Positions 50,526 through 60,700 of a stretch of DNA of 64,000 bases are shown here, one piece after another. The DNA lies in the NCBI GenBank assembly GCA_905178155.1, contig CAJINV010000014.1:716116-780115 (forward strand), read 5' to 3'. Under the pieces are notes generated by a model. It did not search any database. It saw only the letters and a program-made list of their open reading frames with translations, and was not told the DNA's origin. The stretch is from Amoebophrya sp. A120. Taxonomy: Eukaryota > Protista > Dinoflagellata. The translations under genes were made by a program, and so were the position numbers. The first letter of the stretch is position 1; every line of letters begins with the position of its first letter.

Positions 50526-52262
50526 TCACTCTTCTCGTCCCATGTCCAGCTCTTCTTCGGCCGCCACTCCGCGGACCACGTTGAAGGAGCCCAAAAATTC
50601 TGGCTCTGCGGTTTTTGCATGTTGGCCCTCCACCCACATTCGCCGCTCTCGCAGCGTCACCGCGTCTAACATTTTGGCTGCAGAACTTCTCCCTCGTCCA
50701 GACGGAAAGACCAAACCGGATTTATCGTCATAATCTTGCTCAGCGACAAGAACTTCGTCATCCCCTGCAAAGAAGTTTTCGTGCTTTTTGTTCGTTTTGT
50801 TCTCCAAAAACAGCCAGTTGTAGCACTGATCCCAGTTGATCCTGTCCGGGTCCGCCACCTCGGTTTTCTGGTCTTGGTAAATTTTTTTTCCCCCGTTCTT
50901 TGGGTGAAAAGCGAGTGCGTAAGCGAACTGCACGCCGACGGGGATTTTGTTCTCCCAGAGCAACTTGCGGAATGCGGTGGATGGACTTTCTTTTTCCGCT
51001 TTGCCGATTTCGCCGAACACTGTCCGTAACAAAGGCTGGCGAAAAACCAGCTGCAAAACGCGACACAGCCGCTCTGCCTGCGCGATTTGCAATTGCTCCT
51101 TCCTGCGGTGGATTTCCTCGGACAAAGCAGACGACTGGCGGTGGCAGGTTGCGTGCGCGGTGGAGGAGGACCACGAGGAGGTGGTGTTGGGCGGGGAGAG
51201 AAATTGAAATGCAGTTTCGAGGCTGGATCTTCCGGCGAACGAATCATGGTTAGTACCTTCGGCTTGTGACAACTCCTGCTTCGACCCGGCTACAACTTCC
51301 AGTTTCCGCCACAACTTCTCGCACGCCGTTTTCACCGCCTCGAGCACCAGAACGGCGGAGGCCGGTAGGTAGCTTGGCGTTCCGGGCGCAACGAACAAGG
51401 TCCTCGTTCCCGACGCCCGGCCGTCTGTCGTCTCATCCGTGGTCCCATCCGTGGTCTCCTGGACAACGTCCGACGTTTTCCCCTGCAAACCGGACGAAGC
51501 GATGAAAGTTGCGTCGCGAATGTTCGTCCCACCCGCCCGCGCAAGCTGGGCATCCTTTTCGAGATATCTGTCCACTTCTTCCTGCAAGAAGCCGTAGAAA
51601 ACGTAGGGGTCAGCAAACTTAACAACGCGGCCTGTCGCAGAAACCCACAACAATTCCTCCGCAGAAGGCAACCGCACATCATTCGAATATTCGTTGTTGT
51701 GTAGCACCAGCGGGGGCTCGTTATTCATCTTGTTATCATCAACATCGGTTCTTGGAAGCTGTTTTATTTCTTCTTCAGTGTGCGTTGTATGGTCAGCAGA
51801 AATAGAGGAGTCTTCAGTAATATAATCTCCCGCTCCACTTTCGGCCGATGTGGCGGCAGCAGTCTCCGACGTAAGTAGAGGTCCTTCTTCCGATTCTGTT
51901 ACTGGAACGTTACACGACGATGCAGCAGCAGCAGCAGCTTCGGGGAAGTAAAGCTTCCCGACCGTCTCCGTGAATGCCGGGGAAGACAGTTTCAGACCAG
52001 CCCACCACTTTTCATTCACCCCCGCCCGAAACGCCCCCCCGACCACGAACTCGAGCATCTCAAGGTCCATGATTTCCGGGCGAAACAGGCAGCCAAAATC
52101 TTGACAGAACTCTTCGTACCGACTAGTCGAATGACTTGTGCTTCTGGAGTCAGCACCACCATGCATCTTCCGCCGGCCGCCGATCATCTTCCAACGGGTA
52201 GCCCAGAAAGTATCTGGCTGTAACAGGAGGTGCAGAGGCGTCGCGTACATCTCGATTTCCAC
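50526..52262 (-). CDS. Uncharacterised protein (578-aa ORF; may have upstream exons to ~52819)
   Basis: Long ORF with protein-like composition; no motif recognised. Confidence 0.55.
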   Translation of the reverse strand: MEIEMYATPLHLLLQPDTFWATRWKMIGGRRKMHGGADSRSTSHSTSRYEEFCQDFGCLFRPEIMDLEMLEFVVGGAFRAGVNEKWWAGLKLSSPAFTETVGKLYFPEAAAAAASSCNVPVTESEEGPLLTSETAAATSAESGAGDYITEDSSISADHTTHTEEEIKQLPRTDVDDNKMNNEPPLVLHNNEYSNDVRLPSAEELLWVSATGRVVKFADPYVFYGFLQEEVDRYLEKDAQLARAGGTNIRDATFIASSGLQGKTSDVVQETTDGTTDETTDGRASGTRTLFVAPGTPSYLPASAVLVLEAVKTACEKLWRKLEVVAGSKQELSQAEGTNHDSFAGRSSLETAFQFLSPPNTTSSWSSSTAHATCHRQSSALSEEIHRRKEQLQIAQAERLCRVLQLVFRQPLLRTVFGEIGKAEKESPSTAFRKLLWENKIPVGVQFAYALAFHPKNGGKKIYQDQKTEVADPDRINWDQCYNWLFLENKTNKKHENFFAGDDEVLVAEQDYDDKSGLVFPSGRGRSSAAKMLDAVTLRERRMWVEGQHAKTAEPEFLGSFNVVRGVAAEEELDMGREE

Positions 52263-52889
52263 TCTCGGCGTGGTTCCCTTCGGTAGTTGTGCTAGTGCGT
52301 CTATTCTGGCGGTTCAGCAAAAACATGAGGACAATCGGGTTGTTGTAAAGCTCCGGAAAGGTGATGTGGTGTGCCACCGGAGCAAGTTCTTTATCAGCAG
52401 AACCGTTGGCAGGAGCCTCCGGCAAGACCCGGTGCTCGCGATCCAGCACCGGCGGTCCAGGCCAAAAACGCGGGTCGTTGTCGAGCTCGTTCGAACCTTG
52501 TTGATATAGTTCGCAAGGTGGAATAAAACATTAAGTGTTCAATGATTCATTGTTTACCAATCAATCTGCTTCTCCTGCTTTTTACTTATGTCGTGTTTAA
52601 AATAAAAACAGTTATCTTGAAAAAGTAAATAAGTAGAAAAGTACCGTCATCCGCCGGTTTTTCTTGCGGCTCTTCAGCATTCTTGCGCACGGTTCGTTCC
52701 ATCAACGCGGCATAGGGTTCGGTCCCCAGAGCATCATGCGTAATGTCCCAGCCACTCGCCGGCAGAGTGTGGTGGAGAGGATCCGACTTCGCTAACCCTC
52801 TTAAGGTCCAGGTCGGCATGGAAAGTCTGAAGTGTGAAATTCAAGTTCGTACTCGTTTCCATTCTTTCCTCTGTGACAAGTACTATTAT

Positions 52890-54131
52890 TTAGCGAAAGA
52901 GAAAAAAACTCACAAAAACGCTCACAAGAGGACCGAAAGGAAACACCAAAACGCGAAAATAAATACAAGATGAAGATGGATTATACCTTGAAGCAGCTTC
53001 TTCGTCCTTGAAAGCCTGGTGCAACTCCGGAGCGGCTGTTAGAGGAATATTCTTGACAAGCTTTGTTCTTTGCTTTGGTGGCTCTTGCTGCGGCTGCGCA
53101 GACGAAGCCGCGAGCCTTTGCGCCTCTGCAGCCGGCGCCGTCGGTTGTTCTTCTTGTTGATACACCACCCGCCGTCGCCCCCGCGGCTTCCGTGCTTGTT
53201 GCTGCGGCTGCGGAGCAGGCGCCATGGCGCTACTTGGTGCCCATCCAGCTGGCATCGGCTGTTGTTGATCATTCCCCGCGGTGAAGCTGTCGTCCGGGTG
53301 AAGCTGCAGGCCAGGCGGACCCGCAGCTTCTCTACTAGCCGAAGGTTCAGAAACATGCACCTGCGAAGATGGATAGCCCGGTCCGTAACCTTCAAAACGC
53401 GACGCCTCGTCTTGGGGCCTTTCGTCGCCAATCCTAGACGGCATCACGGACGGACGAGCACTGAACATGTCATCGTGTTCGCGGTCGCGTTCCCTCACGT
53501 AAGGAGCTTGTTGCAACAAAATATCTTCCGACCGCGGGGGAAGCGGACCGGTTTCAACATCATGGTGCAGCCACGACGAATTATAACCAGCACCACACGA
53601 CCTCTGCTGCGACTCCTGCCACGAAGATGGACCACCCGCCGCCAACGTGCCCCCGAAAAGAGAGAAACATCTTCGTGGCGGACTCGTGGAGTGCTCCCGC
53701 TCCTGCAAACCCGGTGTAAGTGGCATTGCGACACCAGCTGCGTTCATGGCATAGCCTTTTGCGTCCGCTTTCGCACCAGAAGGAGACGCTCGATGTGGGT
53801 TTCGAAATTGCCTCCGAGTCGGTTGAGCAGTAGCACGGGAGTTATTGGGAGAGGATGTTGTCCACGTTCTACTTGCCGGATCATCATGCTCCTGAGTCAG
53901 AGCATGCTGGTCGTGCGGGAGAGGATCTTGGACTCCTTCCGTGTGGTATGTTTGATAGTGTTGCGGGATGTTGTGCAGTCCCGGGGATGAAGGGGTGAGA
54001 TTCAGTCCCGGAGGAGCGAAAAATCCGTTGGGAAACGGAGAGTTGGCGCCTCTCGCGATCTCGGCTCCGAAAAAGGCGGAATAATACACCCGCAACATTT
54101 TTTGCTTCTTCGCAGTTTCAAAACTCGGCAC
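52890..54131 (-). CDS. Uncharacterised P/Q-rich, probably disordered protein
   Basis: 413-aa ORF co-oriented with neighbours; boundaries uncertain. Confidence 0.45.
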   Translation of the reverse strand: MPSFETAKKQKMLRVYYSAFFGAEIARGANSPFPNGFFAPPGLNLTPSSPGLHNIPQHYQTYHTEGVQDPLPHDQHALTQEHDDPASRTWTTSSPNNSRATAQPTRRQFRNPHRASPSGAKADAKGYAMNAAGVAMPLTPGLQEREHSTSPPRRCFSLFGGTLAAGGPSSWQESQQRSCGAGYNSSWLHHDVETGPLPPRSEDILLQQAPYVRERDREHDDMFSARPSVMPSRIGDERPQDEASRFEGYGPGYPSSQVHVSEPSASREAAGPPGLQLHPDDSFTAGNDQQQPMPAGWAPSSAMAPAPQPQQQARKPRGRRRVVYQQEEQPTAPAAEAQRLAASSAQPQQEPPKQRTKLVKNIPLTAAPELHQAFKDEEAASRYNPSSSCIYFRVLVFPFGPLVSVFVSFFLFR

Positions 54132-54794
54132 GCTGCGACTTGTGCTGAAGCTGAACTAGTAAAGTGCCAGAGTATTGGCTGACTGTTGTGGTACACAAAA
54201 GTTTGTTCAATTCGAGGAGTCACGTGCGTTGGAGTAGATCGATTGTTTCGTTTTGTGGAAATAACTGTTTGCAATGACAGATTGTGCAATTCGTGGGTTG
54301 CGTGCAATAACAAACATGCGGCGCGTGCTGCGATAAGTGGTTTCTTTCGTTTACGTTCTGGACAATAGTGCCTTATGCGATTTCCTTGACGCGAAAGCGA
54401 AAGTCGTGCTTTCTCTGTAGAAAAATGTTTCAGCGAAATACTTTACCCCTTTGGAAGTGGGCGTAAACTTTCTATCACGCGAGAGAGGATCGCTGGAACT
54501 CACAGAAAAAAATCGATCGGGAAACAGGATCACGCTCTTGAACGAGAGTGAATGAACAAAGACCGCGGTTGATCAAATTCAGGACGGATGGCATTAGCAG
54601 ATCCGATCCTATCGGTGTGACAAAGATGAAAAGATTCGGAAAGACATAACTGGCGTCGGTCTTGTTACTCCACCACTGCAGTTCTGTCTAAAGCAACACT
54701 TCTTTTGCTAAAGCTGTCTCGCTAGTCGTCTAATTGAAGGCGAGAGCCGGGCTGCTCTCTCGGACGAGGATACAATTACAAACCTCGCCTACTT

Positions 54795-57700
54795 CTAGAA
54801 GAAGTATTTGGCCGCCTCCCGAGCGATGCGCTTCAGTTTTTCCTTGGAAATCCCCAACTTCTCCGCCATCTCCTTGTTCGTCAACGCTGGCTCGTCGTTT
54901 TTCAGATCCAAGTATCAAATGCAAAAATGTCTGGGTCTGGAAGAATGCAACTTGTGATGCTGCATTTGGATGTCTAAAAAATTTGTGTTGCATGAGCAGC
55001 AAAAAGATCTAATTTTTGCTTAGCGGAGAGGGCATTTGTCATGCTAATAGTCATCACGAATCCCTCGAAAAACCTGTGATGCTAGGGCATGCATCACAGA
55101 CAGCATGGCTCATGCAAACCGTGCATGACAAGTCTCAGAATGTTCCAGACCCAGACATTTTTGCATTTGATACCAAGTAAGCAAACACCAAGGGATCTTC
55201 CACGGCGTTCTTTTGCACTTCCTCTACCACCTCCCCGCCACCAACAGCACGTGCTGCCGGCGCGAACGAGGAGCTACCGCCCGTCGAGCTGCTGCTCGCA
55301 TTGATGTTCAGGTTGTCGTTTCGGTTTTTTGTTCCCTTAGACTGCTCGCACTGCTGCTGACCTCCATTGAGCGCCTTCCCGATCTCCAGTAACGCCATGC
55401 GCAACTCCGAAGACTTAAACCTGCGGTCATCGATCGGACAAAAATGTTGTTGATTCGAGTTATTCTTATTTTGACGAGATGCGCTACAAGTCGGTACAAC
55501 ATTACATCACACAGTAAAAAGAAAAACACTACATTTACTTTGACCACATCATCTTGTTCCGACTTCTTCTTCATCATTGTTGATGGGTCATTCATCTCAT
55601 TGTTTTATGTTTCTATTGGACAAAAGCGACACAATACTTTTGCAGAAAATCGCCTCCAACCACCGTCTGTAACTCCGCCTTGAGCTTCTCCGAGCAGATT
55701 CTTACGCTTTGCAGGTCGGACAACAGGTCGCAGACTTCTCGTTCCCGTGTGTCCGGCATGTGGAGTATATGCGTCTCCGTAAACTCCGATAGCGGCTTCA
55801 ACCCTGCCACGCCTCCCGTGACCGGGCTATCAAATGCAAATATGGCCGCTGGGTCTGGAAAGTTGTCACGATGCAAAAGGTCGTGAATCATAGGAGCACT
55901 GCGATAGTGCGCTGCCAAGCATGAAAAGTTTTTCCGCTCCTGTTGTGAAGATTTTTGCATGCCTATAGGCATCACAAAGCTCATCAGAGTCACCATGTCA
56001 GACAAGCACCATGGCAAGCAATGCTTTCAGACCCACGGCGATATGAAAATTTGCAGAAATGCATAGAGGCAGTCGGTGATCGATTTGAAGTCCCAGAATC
56101 TGCTGTTTTTGGGGATTTCCCGGAACCCCAGCAGGCAGGTGTTGCGAAACAGGCGGAGCCGCTTCACCGCGCGCGACCGTTGCTGCAGCAGCGGCAGGAG
56201 CGATTTCCTTCTCGCCTGCAGCGGCTCGATGAACTTTTCCCGCGTTTTGGAACTGATCAAACTTTTTTTTCCCGAGGACATGATCAAAAGTGGACTTGTT
56301 TTTAACAGCGGTCTACTGTTGCTGTTATTCTTCACGACAGGGCTCGACGTGCTGCTGTCGTCCGCCACAATAGATGGACCACAAGGAGCAGCAGTAGTTC
56401 CTTTGTTCGCAGTCGTTGCAACCGCGGCCGCGGCCCCGTCGACGAGAATCAGTTTCAGCAACGCCCTATGCTGTGCAAAAGTATCGCACTCGTACTAATT
56501 GCAAATATGCATGACAAATCTCCCTCCTAAGGTAAAACAGCATATACAGATTCCACTTTTCTTCTTGCCAAAATTTGTAATGCAATTTATACTAGTACGT
56601 TACTTTTGCAATGCATACGCCCAGGTCAAGGCTTCCACCACTACGGGCTGACCCGAGAACGATCCCTGCTCCTCCTTTTTCCCAAGCAGCACAGACTCGA
56701 AAACAGCCGCGGTTTGGTAGCCGGTCCAAGCGGCGCAGTGTGACGGAATGCAGTTCTTCATCGAGAGAGTGATCTTCCCAGCTTGTTCATCCCCGTGCAG
56801 CTCCTCTCCTCGGGGCGGGCCACCCCGTAGTTTGTTCAAAGAGGACGTAGTTTGTGGCGCTCCCGTAGCTGGGTGATGCCCACCACGTCCACCGCCGTTT
56901 CGCGGGCACAATTCCAGGTTTTCTTTCTGCAAGGCCTTCTTTCCCTTTTTCCCCGCGACCGCGACCGACCAGCGACCGGTGGCCGCAATTTTCCCCTCCA
57001 CACAGCCGTACTTGCCGTTCAGTGCCTAATGGAGTGCAAATGCGCCTGGGTCTGGAAAGTAGATGCGATGAACTTGTGCTGCGGATGCTATTGCTAGCAC
57101 ACACCACAAAGCCTTGTGTTGCATGATCTAGCAGAAGATGCGCGCTTTTCGTTTTGTCCCTAAAAGACGCGACTTCTCATGCGGCCTATAGGCACGGAGC
57201 CTCCGAAGAATTTGCCATGCGCTGTGAGTATTCCAGGCCTTCTTGTTCTTTCGGATGCAAAAACAGCATTACAAGAAGGTCTGCTATCTTCGTTCCAGAT
57301 CCAGCCGGATTTGCACTTGATACGCCTGCCCCGAGACCGATTTTAGGTCCTTGATTCTCACGAGGGAGCCGATGTGGAGCTGTTCCCGATGCAGCGACGC
57401 TGCGCCAGCAAGTTCAGAAACTTTCATCTCCTGCAGAAAGAACTCTTCCAAGTGCAAGCAAGTGTAGAACTGCAACTCAAAGGTCGCTCGAATACGGTAC
57501 ACGGTGGCGAAGAACGTCTCGATGTGTGCTATGCTAGTGGATGACAACTCCCCCTCCCATTCCGTCGTCATGCAAAATTCATATGCCCCCAATGGCAATA
57601 ACCCGTATCTGGCCCTGGGCCCTGCTCTGGCTGTGTTTGCATAACAGGGCCCGGAAGCCCAACAAGCTGCGCAACTCCTGGCATGGTCTTGCCATGCGAC

Positions 57701-60700
57701 AGCTGGATCCTGCTTCCGGTTGTAGTTATTTCTGATGTTGATGCTACATACAACAAACATACAAATGCCCTGCAAATTATGAGGAAAAGGGAGAGATCAT
57801 GTTGTCCGCCATCTTCGTATCAGTCCCTTTCAGCCCACTACCGACGAGTTCTTGCATGCTTCGCGGGGTGTCCTTCTTGAAGATGCCCATGTGGAAAAAT
57901 CGCATCGACGGCCCGGCCCCGGTATGCAGCTGCTGTAGTGGTGAAGCAGAAGCACGCTCTTGCGTATGATCTTTTTTTGCCTGCTTGGATTTTGAACTAC
58001 GCGGCTCCTGCTGCAGTGTTGCAGCATTAGTGGCACATGTCTCCTGTTGACCACTCGTTTTCGTCGCATTGTTGTAGGCCCAGGCGAGACTACCTCGTGA
58101 AGATGATGAACAGGTCGAGGCGGTTCCACCTCCTGCAGCCCCGCTTATTTTCTTCCGTACTTGAGCCAGATCCTTGTCCCGGCCGAACACCCCGAACAAC
58201 CCGCCCGCCCCCGGCAACTCCAGCCACTGGCAAATGGGGTGCTTCAGGTCCTGCGCCGTGGCCCCGGGGAGCGTCGGCTGCGCGGGCAGACTATGAACTG
58301 CAAAAGTATCGTACTCGTATAGATGCATTACAAATTTTCTCAACATGAGAAAGAAAATTTGTAAATGCGGATTGGCCTTAGGTAAAGGATTTGCAATGCA
58401 TGATTGCAATACGAGTACGATACTTTTGCACAGGATACAGACACGTCGTGGCCAATTCATAGAGCAGAACCGCCTTCTCGAACCACTCGTTGCACAGGCC
58501 CAGCAGCGCCACCATCTTGGTGGGCACCTCCTTGGGGCCGGTGCGGTGTATCAAATGCAAAAGTGTCTGGGTCTGGAAGTCATGCATTATTTTGCATGAC
58601 CCACGACGCCTGTAATGCATGCCCTAGCATCACAGATTTTTAGAGGGCTTCCTGATGCCTATTCCGCATGGGCTGCCTGATAACGCCCTCCCCGCGTGGC
58701 ACAAACTGAACTCCTCTTGCTAGTCATGCAATACAGATTTTTTTGGAATCCAAAAACAGCATCACAAGTTACCAACTTCCAGACCCAGACATTTTTGCAT
58801 TTAATACGGTGCCGCAGGATGCCAATCCGCTCCATCAGCGCGGGCAGGTACACCCACCGAATGGCGCGGTAGTCCTGCGCATACTTGCACACGTTGTTGC
58901 TACCCGGGGCTGTAATTCCGAGCTCCCGCTGCGACTGCTCGCGCTGCTGCCGGGCGTACGCGGGCTCGCCCCGGTAGACCAGCGAAACCAGCGCCTCCAA
59001 CTGGGTGGACGACGAGGCGGAATCATTTTTGTCCTCCTGTTCTTGGTCGACAACGTAGTGGTCCACCACCACAGCCCCATGGTCAACACCGTGTTGCTGT
59101 TCCTCCTGCTCCGTAGTTCTACTTGCCGAAACAGAAGCTGCAGCCGCTTCGTCCGCACCAGTCGGGCCGCTGGTTAAACACGAAGAACTTTTCGCTTTCG
59201 ATTTCGCCGCAGTAGAAGTACAACTTGTTTCACGACTCGTACTAGAGTTATTTCTTGTGTTCGTTCTGACACTCCCGAGAAACGCCCAGGCAATGTTCGC
59301 TCGGTTCTCGTTTTCGGTTTCCAGTTCAAAGGCCAGCTGGAAGTTCAGCAACACCTGCACCAGGTTGGAGCTCCACTGCTGCAAGTCCGTCATGGTGTTC
59401 AGGTGGAAGTCTCGCCACGCCGGCTCGGTCCAGTACTTCCCAAAAACTTCGTGTTCCGACGCGTGAGCTCCGTGCTTCTCGAGCAGCTGGAACACCTGCT
59501 GGCAAACCGGGTGGGGGCAGATCGTACCAGACCACTCGTGGTGCAGCATCAGGAGAATGTCAGCCATGCCCTGCAGCACGTCCTGGGCCAGGATGCCGAG
59601 CATCAGCGCGGCCACCGGATCCAGGTCCACGTCGAGCTCGCCGTTGTCCCGCGTTTTCGCTGCGGGAAACAGGATATCTTGATCTTCCTCATAGTCCTCC
59701 ACAACACCTTGAAGTTGTTGTAAATCCTCATTCCTCTGACGACCCAACCCGTGTCTTTGTTCTGCTCGCACCTCGGGAAGCGAGCTGGTGCTTCTGCCGT
59801 CCTGGCCGAAGACCAACTTTGCGAAGTCCTCCGTTTTCGCAAAATACTCGGTCATCAGATCCCGGAGCGCCTTGTCGTGCGGAACCTCAGGGACTTGATC
59901 CAGCTCGTAGTCCGGAACGCCGCGGAACACGTCGGATTGTTGTTCGTACTGTGTCCGAAACGCGGCCTGCCGCTCCTTGCTGCCCTTTGGCAGGAATTTC
60001 TCCTCCCGTTCCGTGAAAGCGGTGGGAATCCGCGGCGCCACAAACCCAATCTGCTCGCCGGCCTCCCGGTTCTGCAACAGGCTCCCGTAGTCGGCCCGCA
60101 CGAGGGCGAGCGAGTCCGGTTTCAGGCTGAGGAGGACCTTCTTGCTGCTGTTGTTGTTTTTCGGATAGTTTTCGTGGTCCGGACTTGTTTGCCTGATGTT
60201 TTCGTGCAACAGTCGCACGGCATACCGCGTTTGATGCCCTTGCTGCGCGGAAATGCATTCGACAACTTCGGCCCGCTGCCCATTCAACTCCGGCTTGCTC
60301 TTTAAGTTCTTCAGATTCACCCGGTCTCCCACGCAAAAGATAAACTCCTTCTTGTCTTTCGTTTTATTGTTCCCGGGGACGATATCAAACTGGGCGTGTT
60401 CAACATCGGGCAGGTGTTGCGAACAAGCTGAAGCAGATGAGACCACTGCGGTATCAATTTTATTCCTGCTGGTCGCCTTCTTTTTCGAGAAAAACGCCTG
60501 CTGGCCGTGGTTAAAAGGTACCAGCCCGTATTTTCCCATCTGCTGATAAATCGGCGCGAGCCAGATCAGGTACGTGGCACAGGCGGAGAACAGCTCCACC
60601 TGCTATCAAGTGTAAAAATGTCTGGGTCTGGAAGATTGGAACTTGTGATGCTGCATTTGGATGTCTAAAAAATTTGTCTTGCATGAGCAGCAAAAGGATT

